DNA of 64,000 nt from Chrysomallon squamiferum (Eukaryota; Animalia; Mollusca), in assembly GCA_012295275.1 (NCBI GenBank), contig CM022673.1, forward strand, positions 13,578,001 through 13,642,000, read 5' to 3'. The notes under the pieces were generated by a model. The model saw only the letters and a program-made list of their open reading frames with translations. It ran no database searches and had not been told where the DNA came from. The position numbers and the translations under genes were made by a program. Below, in pieces: positions 14,713 through 28,680 of this stretch; the stretch's first letter is position 1; each line of letters starts with the position of its first letter.

Positions 14713-15393
14713 GTTAGTTTTGTTATTACTAATATTTTATTTCCATTAACATCATTTTATAATATGTCTTCTAATTCCTTTGATCACAGATAAAAATTAA
14801 GAAAGAGCATATTCTATTATGAATGATTTTTTGTTTTGTAAAAAATTTATTTGTTGTTGTTTTGTTTACCAGTCAACCATTGTTCTATCCAAGGTATAAC
14901 TAAAAAAGTTAGAAAAAATAATGATATAAATAATGATATTTTTTCCTAATCTAACCATGGGCTGATCACAGTGTTAAGTCTCAGTGTATCAAATACAATA
15001 TTTTTAAGTCATTCAGTCACCAGTTTTATTTTAAATCAATTATTTAATTTTTACTTTCCTATACTGATGCTGATAGGTACAGTAAATCAAAGTTTAATTA
15101 AATTTTTACCCATTCTAACCATCATCCTATCACACCATAATTGTGATCATGAAAGTGTAATCTTTTCTTTTTCTCTTTTTTTCTCAGTATTTAATTTTTT
15201 TTTTGCCTTTTTCTTTTTAAAATTTCATTTTATATAGTATATTAAAAACTTCAGTATTTTTTAATGTTGAGGTTGTGGAATAAATTATCTTGGTTTTTAG
15301 ACAAATATTAAATTCCAGCAGTATTTTTCCCTCACCTAATGCAAATGCAGTTTTTTTTCCTTCTCTAACCAGAAACTTGTCATTGAAATATAT

Positions 15394-15436
<43 letters not shown>

Positions 15437-15709
15437 GGTTCAGTTTATCAATATTGATTCAAATTCACTGTAACTTGAATCTTTCAAAATTACACTTTTT
15501 TTTTTACTCTTCTCATAAACATTTTTTTTAGAAGATGTGAAATAAAAGATGATCTTGATAAATGTTAAACACATGTTGCATTTGCTTCATCCTTACATTA
15601 AAAAAAAAGAAATCTGTTGAAGAGGACATTGCTGTGATAATGAGTTGAGTGGCTCAAACGTCAGTGTTGATGTCTCACAGACACTAAGAATAAAACTGAA
15701 AGCTCATTC

Positions 15710-16025
15710 AATCCTTTCTGTATTGTATAGTGCTGCTCCCTCAATCTTCTCTGTATTGTTTAATGTTGATCAGTCAATCCTGTTTGTATTGTGTAATGTT
15801 CCTCAGTCAATCCTGTCTATATTGTTTAATGTTAAAGAATCGGTTCTGTCTGTATTGTTTAATGTTGATCAGTCAATTCTGTCTGTATTGTGTAATGTTC
15901 CTCAGTCAATCCTGTTTAATGTTAAAGAATCGATTCTGTCTGTATTGTTTAATGTTGAACAGTTGATCCTGTCTGTATTGTTTAATGTTCCACAGTCAAT
16001 CCTGTCTGTATTGTGAAATGTTGAA
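15710..16025. repeat. 30-bp minisatellite (GTCAATCCTGTCTGTATTGTTTAATGTTGA-like)
   Basis: About 10 tandem copies; explains the repetitive ORFs 15645-16016 and 15730-15966. Confidence 0.92.
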
Positions 16026-18789
16026 CAAAATCTTTGAAGGTATTTATCAGACTGTGAACATGTTTGTGTAAACCAGACTTAGTTAAAAGCATACACTTTA
16101 AACTGATAGCCTTAATGATTTTTAAAAATATAGTTTAAATATCTTTCATCTCAAAAAAAAAAATAAAAAAAAATAAAAAAAATAAATAAAAATGAAGAAA
16201 TGAAGAAATAAATGAATAAATAAAAATGAAGAAATAAATAAATAAATAAATAAATAAACAAAAACTAAGTACAGATAATAGAAGTTTTCCAGAGATGTTA
16301 ATGAATTTATGTCCAGTCAGTAATGGAATGAAGTTACATAAGTAAAAACAAATAGGTTATATGATTTCTCTCAAGTGATTGAAAATGATTGGATTAGCAA
16401 AGGAAAATAAAACTAGAAAGGTTTCATGTCCTTTGAGAGGATAACTAATAATAAAATCAGATATTCTATCACTGTGGTAGAGATTAAAAAAAAAAAAAAA
16501 AAAAAAAAAAACTTGTTACTGTTTTACTGAAAATAAAATTTGATAATCAGCACATGTTGTATAATCGAACTGTTTATGTATTTGCTTAAATTCGCCCTGT
16601 AACTTTTTATAAAAAATAAATAAAATGATGAAAAATCAATAAATAAATAAAATAAATCAGAAAATCAGAAAAAAGAGAAAAAATAAAAGATAACAAAAAA
16701 AAGAAAAGGAAAAGAAAGAAAAGAAAAATAATAAAACAAGAAAGACATTACTCCATTGTTAACGTGGCATAATACAAACACTTTTGCAGAATTTTCTTGT
16801 AATTTGTAAAGTTAATTTTTTTTCTTCTTCCTGTAACAGTAAATAGAGTTAGAAATAACTCTGCAGACTTCACATCAGTGTGTGTGTATCTGAAAACATT
16901 CCATGTACATAAATACTTGACCTACAAACAAGCTTGTACAGGCTTAACTAGATCATCAGAGGACTGGGGGAGTTTTTCTTATGTTTTGGGGGTTCTTTTT
17001 AATAAGAATAATAATAATAATAATAATAATAACACCATATTTATTTAAATGGATCATAATTTTTTTAAACTGAATGCTTATGTGTTTAGAAGGATGTTTA
17101 AATGAATGTTTATGTATGTATTCAGATGGATCATCATTTGTTAAGATCACTTACTTAAATAATTATGTGTTAGATGGGTCATCATTTGCTTAAATAAATG
17201 TTTACATTTGTCACCATTTGCTTTAATTTTTAGACATATATGGTAAAACGGATTACTGTTTGCTTAAACAACTATTTTTATTTTTTTAAATGGATAATCA
17301 TTTGCTTCAGTATCTAGTATGGGTTTAAATGGATCATACTTTTCTTAAATAACTGTTTTTATGTATTTAAATGGATCATGCTTAAATAACTATTTGGATA
17401 TATTGAAATGAACCACCAGCTGCTTTCATAAAAATCTCAGTTTTCTATGTGTTTAAATAGACAAGTGTTGCCTCTATTGAATCTCCTGTTCTTGTTCTTG
17501 AGGTGATTGTGATCCTGAAACCAAAATGGCATTAGCTCCTTGTCAGACATGTTTTTAAAAGAGGGGTGTATGTTACATGTGTGTGTTTGTCATTATGAAG
17601 TATTGTTAAGTCATTGAACATGCATGCATGTGGTAGGTTAATTACTGGCAGTCCTGTTTTGATATATATATATTATATATATATTTATATATCTGTCTCA
17701 CTCAAACATATATAAACATGCATCCACACACACACACACACACACATGCATAGACCCATCCAAACATACATACATACACACTTATGTCTTTTTTTTATAT
17801 ATTTTTTATGAGTATGTGTGTTGTGTCGTGTGTTTGTGTGTGTCATGTCCAAACAAATGTATGTTCATATATCTGCCCATATGCATGTGTATGTTTATCA
17901 GATGCCATTACCTTGACATCTGCATTTGTACATAAGAGGCATCTTAGTTTTGTGTGCATGTATGTTTTGGCCTTGTATCTAATGTCAAGAGTGGATGTGT
18001 GTGTTATACAGCACCGCAAATATTTGGATTTGTGTCACTGTGTTGTTATCTGCTAAGCACATAACCATTTCAACAGTACTGCAGACACCTCATATTTGTT
18101 TTATCAGTTTGCTCAGATACAGTTTTAAGTATATAGCTTTATATATGTGTGTATAATACTTTTATTTTAATCATGTTATGTTATTGTTAGATAAACACAC
18201 ACACACACACACAAACAAACACAAACAAACATATAGACATACATCCACTCAAACATATGCATAGATAAATACATACACCTGCACTTACATAGATATATAT
18301 ATAAATAAAGGTATAATGTTAGATATACATAAATCACAACTGTTACTCAAAACATGACATAGAAAAGCTGTGTCAGATAAAGAAATGTCTCACATTTTAT
18401 AAAACGTATAAGAATATATACACACACATGTTCTATGCATGGACATGAATGTGTTATGATATAAGTATGAAGAAACGACTTACCAGAAAAAGTTCAGGAA
18501 CACAAAAAAAAAAAAAAAAAAAGAATTAAATTAAATTACTGTGAAAATTCAATTATTAATGATGACTAGGTGTAAAATTGTTTTTTATATAATAATTGTA
18601 TAAAAGAAAAAAAACACTGCTGTTTGTCCAGGAGTTAGGTTTATTTTTTTATAAATAGCAAGTAATCTTTTAATCCATTTTTTTTTTTATTCAGGAAAGA
18701 ATATGCACAGTTATCAAAAGAAAATCACTGTTACCATTTCTTAGTCTATTTCTTTGATCCACAGCAAGTTATCTGTCTCGTACTTTTCT

Positions 18790-19020
18790 GACTGGCAGCA
18801 AAATATCTTTTTTGTGTTCTTTACTTGCATCAAGATATCTTTTTTACACTTTTTTACTGGCAGTAAGATATCATTTTAGATTTTTTTTTAACTAGCAGCA
18901 AGATATCTTTTTTACACTTTTTTTACTAGCAGCAAGATATCATTTTGTACTTATTTACTAGCAGCAAGATATCACTTTGTACTTTTTAAATAGCAGCAAG
19001 AAATCTTTTTTTGCACTTTT
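18790..19020. repeat. ~30-bp minisatellite (ACTAGCAGCAAGATATCTTTTTTACACTTTT)
   Basis: About 7 tandem copies of GCAGCAAGATATC. Confidence 0.88.
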
Positions 19021-21385
19021 TTCATGGCTAGGAAAGAATGTACATACATTTTGTGACAAGAAAACACTTTTTCCAAGTCAACTTCTTTGACTAGCAACTA
19101 AACATCTTTTAGTGGTGATTTATCTTGTTTAAAATATCTAATAATGTGTTACAGACTGGAATGAGAATTCACTCAGTGGGTTCAGTGTGGGGTATTGATC
19201 CCACAAACCATTATAGCTCAGATGAGTACACTGATGATTATGTTTTAGTCTGTCCATACAAAAATAGAAATTATTACTAAAATTTAATATAAAATTTCTA
19301 TATACTTATATTGTTTAATAATAATAATAATAATAATAATAGTTGTTGTTGTTGTTATTGTTACTATTATTATTTAAATTAACCTTATTATTTTTTATGT
19401 AATTAAATTACATATTTTTTACTATTGTTCATTTATTTTTTTGAAAAAAGTTTAGTTTTCTGGTTACAGTGCTTTGAAGGAAAATTCATTACAAGTTTTT
19501 AGCATTCTAATCAATAAATCATAATACAATTTAAAATTTAAAAAATAAAAAATAAACAAAATAAATTTAAAAAAAATATTAAAAAATATTTAAAAAAAAG
19601 AAAAAAAAATATAAAAAAAGAAAAAAGGAGCAGAAACTGTTTACATTTGGTGCAATCTGAAAAATAAATCACTTTGTTTCCATTTCACTACTGTTTTTCT
19701 TCCTCATGCAGTTTGCAAAACAGACCCAATTTTCTCTGTTAATGTTTGACAAAACATTTCAATATTAATATTTACCAGTCAGTGATAGAAAGGAATCTTG
19801 CATTCACCACCATAGGCTACTTTAACCATCAAGGGATATTTTATATATTCAGTGTAAGATTCAATAAATAAATATATTAAACAAAAAATGAAAGCAGAAA
19901 TATAAATAATTAGAAAACAAAAAGAAGAAAAAATTAATAAATTTAACAAAAATAAAATAAAATAAATAAAAATAAAAAAAAAAAATAAATAAAAGAAGAA
20001 AAAAAATAAAAAAATAACGAAAAAAAAAAATAAATGAAAAATAAAAATGAAGCAAATAAATGAATTAATAAAAAAGAAAAGAAAAAATGAGTGAAGCAAA
20101 TAAGCAATAACAGTAATAATAAATAAAAAAAAATAAAACAGAAGACAAATAAAAGAGAAAAGGAAAGGAAAAAAGAAAAAAACAAATATACAAAATGATG
20201 AAAAAGAAGGAAAAATATGATTATTATTTAATTTATTTCATACAGAATTGTATGTTTTCATGAAATAACGTTTTGCATTTTTTTTTTCTTTTTTTTTTTC
20301 ATGTTTAAAGATGTCTCTAGATGAGTACAAGTTTGTGTTTGTTTTTTCAGTTTTTTTCATGTTTAAAGATGTCTCTAGCTGAGTAGAGGTTTGTGTTTAT
20401 GATGTTATTTACTTTGGTATGTTGAGAAAAGTGGAGATTGTAACATCTGTGACTCGCTCCTAGTTAAAATACATACAGTTTTTTTTATTTTGCTTTTCAT
20501 ATTTTTTTATGTTTAGTAAAATACGAAATATAATCTTAACATAAGATTCAGTGTTGTATGGGTTTATTCAAGATCAAAAACCATCACTGACTATGCATAT
20601 GTTTAAACTGGATTTTAATATTTTGTAAATTTTTAAAAGTTGGCCACAAAATTCTTCTAGAGCTTGTATGCCTGACTTTGAGTACCTTTTGTTGAAAGTG
20701 GTTACATATATTTGTAAGTGCCTATTTCAGAATTTCTTAGAATTATTTATAGCCCTAGTAACATTTTTCTTGTTAAAAAAAACAATTACTGTTCCTGTGA
20801 TAATGTGATATTTAGTTCAGTGGGGCAAAGTGGCTACACATTTTTGAAAACAAAAACCATCTGATAATATGTTAAAAAATTAAATTTAAAAAATAAAAAA
20901 AAACCATGTTGAGAACAGATGTTTTTATTTTAATCTCAACTTGATCTTTTCTTTAAATGGACAGTGTGGGTTAGTGGGGAAGTATAAACATTTTTTTTTA
21001 TTTTTATTTTTTTTTAAGTACATATATTATTTTAAAAACAAATAAATACCTTTTCTGTTTACATTCATATAATAAAATTAATAATAATAATAATAATAAC
21101 TGAAACAACTGTTTGTAATTTTTAGACTTCACATTTAGTTTAAAGGGACTGTGATGGGTTTGGTTGGGACAGGGTACGCATTTGTTATTTTTTATTTTTT
21201 TTGGAAATATAGACCATGTCTGGTACAGTTTCTGTAATAATAGTAATACATAATATTTGAAATAAATGTATTTTGATCTCTGCTTTTGTAAGGCAGTGTT
21301 TATTTTGATTGATGGGTTGTACAAGGCTTTGTTTATTTCTTTATACAGTCAAAACAAAGACCATGGTAGAATGTCACCAGCAGAA

Positions 21386-21420
<35 letters not shown>

Positions 21421-21874
21421 ATTTACTGATCTAAATGTATTTTTTGATTGTTAGTTAACATGACATCTGGTTCAGTGGGACAGGAGAGAGAGAGAATGTT
21501 TGTACAATGTAACCTGTAAAGCGATAGGCTATTAAATGTTGAGTTGTTTAAAGTCAGGTTTGATGTAAATATATACCATGACCAAAAGACATTATAAGCC
21601 TTCAGTTAAGTATGTCAGTATTGTAACATTATCTTTTGTAAATCTCTCTTTGTTTGACTTTAATTGCACAGATTTAAATTTATTGTTACATAGAATTTAG
21701 CATGTTGCTTCTGCAGCACTTGCCTAAGAGATAGTGATATACAAGCTCAGTTATTTTTATTGTCTGCTGGAATTTTTCCCATTCCAACCAAAGTATAAAA
21801 AAAAAAAAAAAAAAAAAAAAATAAATAAATAAAATAAAAACTAAAAATATAAAAAACACACAAAAATAAACCAA

Positions 21875-21875
<1 letters not shown>

Positions 21876-21936
<61 letters not shown>

Positions 21937-21973
21937 ATATAATGATAATGATAATGATAAAAATAATAATAAT
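21876..21973. repeat. (AAT)n microsatellite
   Basis: Direct reading; gives the poly-Tyr artefact ORF 21747-21980. Confidence 0.95.
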
Positions 21974-22332
21974 AAAACAAACAGAAAAAAAAATATATGG
22001 GGAGAGTGTAAGTGGGTTTTCTCTTATGTAAAACTATTATGTAAAAAATTTGTTATTTCACACCAAGTCATCATTAATATTAAAATTAACACAGGTGTTA
22101 TTATTCTATTCACTGAAGTTCCCAAACTTTCTTTAGTCATTCTGATCTAGTTATTTACTTCACAATTCATTCATGTCCATGCATACAGCATGTGTTTGTG
22201 TATATTCTTATACCTATCATGTTCAGGTTTATAGTAAATCCTGGTAACATTACAGATTAGCCCATCTAGTCTTTTGTAAAAATAAAAAATAAAAATAAAA
22301 ATTTTACAATCACTAAATTTGAAGGACAGGCT

Positions 22333-22369
<37 letters not shown>

Positions 22370-22652
22370 GGGAATGTAGTGTTGACCTAATTTTGTGCTC
22401 TGAAGTTGACAAGCTAGCTACCTGTTTCATACAAACTATCATATTTTATTGTTAACAAAGGTTGGTGACTAGAACAAGTACAATTACATGGAAGTGTACA
22501 AAATCTGAAACATCTTTATTTTACAATTAACAAAAATAAATAAATCAAATAAATAAAATGTATAAATTACAAATAGTTTAAAATTATCAGCAACAACTCG
22601 AAGAAAGAAAGAAAGAAATTAAAAAAATACTTTGAAATTAACAATAAAATAT

Positions 22653-22697
<45 letters not shown>

Positions 22698-24279
22698 AAA
22701 GAAATGTATATATAAATATAAAAATAAAATTATATTAAGATCATAAAGACATTTAGAAGTTTACAGTGTATTTAGACACATACACATTTAACTGCCTTAA
22801 TATCTTCTAACTGTAAAGTATGTAATTGTAAAAATGTTTACATCTTCTTACAGTTAAAATGTCTTCACCTGTCTGTTGTTAGGCAGTAGCAAATATTACC
22901 TGCTGTGAAATAGTTGACAAGCTTTGTGCACACACTTAGCAATTTCATGCATCTTATTGTGCTGTCATTTCATTTGTCTGTCTGTATATCTCTCTGTCAG
23001 AATCTAAACTGGTTCTAAATATAGAAGTTTTAAAATCTCCTTAAGCAAGAAAATTACTGTTGAGCACTGCTGGGAATGCCATTATTGCTTTAAATAGAAG
23101 CTGTATTAGTTACCTGGTATTCATTGATGAACTAACATGTGATTATATTAATGCAGTATTGATCAAAATGGTTTGTTAACAAAAGTTTTAAAAAAAATCT
23201 ATATTTGATAAGTTCTTAAATTTCTTAAATGATTTCCTGCTAGGGTTAAGAAATATGGGTGATTACTCTTTGAGATGTAGTACAATAATTAACAGGGTAT
23301 AATATTATATTGTAAATAAAAAATAATGATAGGCACCATTAATATGTGATAGATTTAACTTAAAAAATACTTAGAAACATTTAAATATACCAGTTGTAAA
23401 GAATTGGCTAACAAATTTACACTGAAAGATATTGCAAATTTTTATATAATGATGTAGAACTATTTTTCAGATACTCACATACATGCTTATGCATATGAAA
23501 AGATAACACACACACACACACACATTCTGATCTATACATCCAAACAAATGCACTAGCTCTCAAAAAACCTAATAACAAAAGTTGACCAAACACAGAAAAT
23601 TTACACAGAGACACTGAAAATTCTAACAGCTTTTCCTGAAAATAACTAGCATCAAGTGTTACAGTCAAGATGTATTTTGATCATGATGAAAAAGCAGAAT
23701 ACATCAGAACTCAATAAGCTGGGATACTTTATGTCAGCAGCTGCACTAAAACTGAGTTTTAGAAAAACAACATGACAAAGATAATTTCCATCTTTGTATT
23801 CCAGCAACACAAAAACATTGTGTATTCAGTTTCACTGTTTTTTCAGAGAAATACTTCAGATCAATGCTGTTTTTGCACAACTAAATCGTTATGGTTTCCT
23901 TTCCCGATGCAATGATGTTTACACTTTCTGAAAATAGTACCACTTTCCTGTAGATAATTTGTTAATGTTTAGAGCATATTGATTAATTTGTTTTTTCTGT
24001 CTTGAAATATTGAAGGTTAAGCATTTGGATGTAATTATTTTAACATAATACTAGTTTTTAGAGGATTTTTTTTATTCTGTATTTATAGTTCATCTCATAA
24101 TTATGTGTGTGTGTGTGTGTATGTGTGTGTGTGTGTGTATTTGTATATAAAACTAGATGTAGCAATTGCATATATCTAGTATGTACATTAATAAACACAC
24201 ACACACAGATACACACATACAGACATTAATCTTGGCAAACCTTGCCACATAGAACTATAAACATTACATATATTTTCAT

Positions 24280-24335
<56 letters not shown>

Positions 24336-25175
24336 GCACATACCTACATATCTAAGCACACTCAAACCTTACAGGGGGAGTATGCATGCATGCATGCATA
24401 CTTAAAAGCATCCATGTGCTTGCATACATACATACATACATACAGTTACCCAAACAGTTGAGCAGTTGTTTAAGAAGCTGCTAGGTGACCAGGTCCACTC
24501 ACACACAGGTGTGCAGTGTTGCAGCACACACAGTGGATGAAAGACACATTGTCAGGTGAGACAGTTTAAACCAAATTACTCCTTTGTTACACTCAATTAC
24601 TTTCTCCTAACACACACCAATTGATATATTTCATTTTCAAAAGAGGCTCTTATTAAACCATCTATGTTAAAGTTGTAGGAAACACATATTTGTCATGCTA
24701 GGTTACATAATGTGTCTAGTAGGTTACATACTGTGTCTGGTAGGTAGGTACCTGGAGACAGGTTTTGTGGCAGACACAGAGACTAGATTATAATTTATGT
24801 GCCCTGGGGTTCGTACATTCAGGGATTAAAACCTACTTGGGTCATTTGCTTCTGGACTGGATATGTAACACGTTCATCTCACTTGACCACCTGGTTTTCA
24901 GTACCAACACAGAGCCTGGTTCAATCAACAGTAAAACTGTTTTCTGACACTTGCACTGTGTGGACACTCATAGATTACCTGCCCTTGACACACATTTGTT
25001 ATAACAGCTTGTTCTCATTAGCTTGTTGAAACAACAGCTTGCTGTGAGCAGTGAATGAATCTTTAAAACAAGTAACAGATAGTAAATGTCAGATATTTTC
25101 TATATCTGGTATATCGCTGAACATTTTTCCATAAACATTCATCTGCTGTTAAAAAGCAACAAGCCTATTTTTTTA

Positions 25176-25212
<37 letters not shown>

Positions 25213-25584
25213 TTTTTCTTAGACAAGAGGCCTGTGCCATGGTCTTCATTATGTCATTTTGAAAATATGGTTGGAGTATAAAAATAAACATTTGCATGCA
25301 GCGCAGTTTGATCCTGTGACATGTCAGGCTCTACACAGTTGTACTGTTACAGTACTGTGTTGTGCAGGTTTGAGTTTTACTACTTCAGCGAAGTTAACTT
25401 TATCAACTGTCACAATACATTATAACAGAATCTGTGATTTGATTAGTCCTCTGTGATGTCTGGGTACCATCTGCTTCTACATAGATAACATTTTTAACAG
25501 TAACCGCTTTGATAGTGAAGATAATAAAGCTGGTACTTGTCTTCTGCTAATATAATTCTGGGATAATGGCAGTGAAGACTGTGA

Positions 25585-25875
25585 AAATATTTACCATCTA
25601 GCATTTACGCTGTGAGAATGTAAATATAAGTTTACCATCTAACATTTACGACTGTGAGAATGTAAATATAAGTTTACCATCTAACATTTACGCTGTGAGA
25701 ATGTAAATATAAGTTTACCATCTAGCATTTACACTGTGAGAATGTAAATACAAGTTTACCATCTAACATTTACACTGTGAGAATGTAAATAGATATTTAC
25801 CATCTAGCATTTACACTGTGAGAATGGAAATATAAGTTTACCATCTAGCATTTACACTGTGAAAATGGAAATATA
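25585..25875. repeat. 41-bp minisatellite (TTACCATCTAGCATTTACACTGTGAGAATGTAAATATAAGT)
   Basis: About 7 near-identical copies; units start at 25591, 25632, etc. Confidence 0.95.
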
Positions 25876-25889
25876 TTCTATATGTAGTT

Positions 25890-25934
25890 TAAATGTAGTC
25901 TAAATGTTAGAATCTAACATTTAGACTACATTTA
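25890..25934. repeat. Perfect inverted repeat, 22-bp arms with 1-nt spacer
   Basis: TAAATGTAGTCTAAATGTTAGA-A-TCTAACATTTAGACTACATTTA. Confidence 0.97.
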
Positions 25935-27022
25935 CAATAGAAGTAAAAGTTTTGTATCCATTGCCACAATTTAAAACTTTCATTATTTCAAAACATTTCA
26001 CAAATTTGAAAAGTTTATACAAAGTTCTCTCTAGAATTCCAGAAAAAAACACTTTAAAAAAAAAATGTCATGCATCACTCTCACTGATGTGAATTTCTTG
26101 ACTTTTCTAACTTAAAAAATATTTGACTTGAATATACACACTCATATTTATTATGGGAACAAAAAAAAAAAGCAAAAAATTTTGAAAATAATTTCACTCC
26201 AACTCAGAATCACACAGAAGAAGAAGAAAAAAGTGAAAGCAGACTTATGAATGAATTTATAGAAAATAGTTTTCTTTCATGTTATATTTGTGTCAGTTTG
26301 TGCTAGCAGCACATAACAAAAGAGTAATAAATAATGAAATAAAAAAAAAGCATCATTGATTTTCAAAATGTCTTGTACTGTAAATGTCTACTTTATTTCT
26401 TGTGTCCCTGGGGAGAGGGGGACAATAGTTCTATTTTTTCTCCTATTGACCAGTCTGAATATTTTAAACCGTTTTTCTTATTGTTATATTCAGTTAATAT
26501 CTCTTATAGCTAAAATCCTAACAGTTTCTCAATTGTTATTGTTATTGCTATATTCAGTTAATACTTCTTTTAGGTAAAATACTAACCGTTATTGTTATTC
26601 TTGTTTTATATGTATTATTATAGATTTTGTTACTATTACCATTATTATTTAATAAGTTTTGTTTTTCCTAATACTAATAGCTCTCTGTTGTCATCAAGTT
26701 TTTATTTTATTTTTATATTTTTAATAAACATTTCCCCAGTGTTGTTACGGTTGAAGATACAGAAATGACTTGTCTTCATTGTTTTTTGTCACATAGTTAA
26801 GGATATTCTACAAAAATACAAAATTAAAAAACAAATGTCAAGCCAAGCATGTTTTGCTGAATTCTTCTCAAATTTCACCTGCAGCTGTAAGACTGAGTAT
26901 TGAAAATTTAACAGAAAAACAAGAAGAAAAACAAAAAAAGCATAAAATATTCCATCTGCACTAAACAAATAACTATTTAGAAAACAACTTCTAATAAATC
27001 ATTTCATTGATTTTTCTTTCAT

Positions 27023-27053
<31 letters not shown>

Positions 27054-27369
27054 CTTCCATTCTAAAGGAATTAATAAAACAAATAAATTGATCATTTTAA
27101 AAAATATATATATTTCCTGATCCAATCAGCCTAGGATCACTTTGATGTGCTTCTGGTGCAGAAATGGTGTTTACAAAATATTTAATTTCTTTTTTTTTCA
27201 TTTAATTCAGACTTGTTCATTTGAAAGATTTATAGTAATTGCAGTTTAACAAATTGAAATCAAAAAGAACAAATAGAAGTAGTGGTAGTCATAATAATAA
27301 TAACAATAATAATAATAATAACAATGATAATGATGATAATAAAAAATAATAATAATGATGATAATAGAA

Positions 27370-27401
<32 letters not shown>

Positions 27402-28489
27402 TAACAAGAACTAAAAATATTTGCTCACTGAGGAAGTAAAAAAGAAAAAGAAATAGGTGCTAATTTCTTGTATGACAAGATATATAAACAACAAGAACAA
27501 CAACAATAATAAAGAACCAACAAAAAAACTTTATAAGTAAATAAAATGTATAAAATTAAAAAAACCAAAAAAAACATCTTCTGTGAATCACTCTCACAAT
27601 TAACAGATGAAATATACCTGTTGTCAGTTCCCAGATTAAATGTTAAATGTGAAATTTCACTGAACATGCATAAAACCTAATGGCATGGTTATCTCTAATG
27701 CAGTAGCTAATTTTTATAGTAGTTGATAGAATGTTTTAGAGAAAGAAAGTGATAGAGAGAGTGAGGGAAAAAGGGACAATAAGTGATGGAAAGAGTGAGG
27801 GAAAGAGTAAATAATGGACAGAATGAGGGAAAGAGAAAGTAAAGGATGGAGAGAAAGTAAGAAAGGGTAAAAAAACAAATATGAATGGAAAAAATTGAGT
27901 AACACTTTTCTGCAGATTTGAGAAAGAGAAAAAAACGGGGAAAGAAAAGATAAAGAAAGAAAAATAAAGAGAAGCATCAGCAGAATTGTAGTTGGAACAG
28001 GAAAAGCACAGGTTCTTTCAACAAGTTTTATAGAGAGAAATAATTTGCCTGCTTAGTAGTAATACATTAATCTCATTCTGTAAACAGATTTGATCCTGCA
28101 ATCGTGTCTACCTGAAGTAGGTAGATTTTTTTTTTTTTCTGTCATGACACATATTTTTGTGTGTAAAGAAACCAATCTGGCATGACATTAAATTGAGAGA
28201 ATACAGGTCAGTAAAGACGCATGTAAAAGGCTTCTTTCTAATCAATACAGAAGAAGGAAGCTGTAGTCATCAGTTTTCTCCGTGCTTCATCTTGCTCTAC
28301 TGCTATTATGTAACTTGTCATCATAACTTGATTGCTTTTCTCTCTGTTTTTTTGGCTTTCATAACCTGTAAATGTGTTTGAAAGTCTTGTACCAGACTTA
28401 TTAATGCTTGGTACACAATTAGGCGACTTTCTAAATAGCACACCTGTGTTTTACCTATAAAGTTCTTTCATGGGTTTTTTTTTTGTATG

Positions 28490-28680
28490 TGAAGTGTGAC
28501 AGGTGTTAAAGGTGAAAATGAATTTATATCTTATAGGATTGAGGTGATTATCAGAGAGATGTTAAAAAAAGTAAAAAGTAGTGGTGTAAACATTTTGTAA
28601 ACTGAGTTGGAATAACAAGTGTGGATAAATTTTCTTGAAATTCGGTTATTGGATGGAATTTTCTGTGACTTTCTAACAAG
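28490..28680 (+). other. Candidate alternative first/5'UTR exon
   Basis: TATAAA at 28456-28461 upstream, a unique purine-rich segment, then donor AAG|GTAAAT at 28681. The start is approximate. Confidence 0.25.

Noticed and set aside
15645-16016. 123-aa ORF with SILSVLFNV repeats
   Set aside because: Artefact of the 30-bp minisatellite.
20290-20400. Short local direct duplications (also 11990-12250 and 45110-45330)
   Set aside because: Ordinary tandem duplications without coding or mobile-element features.
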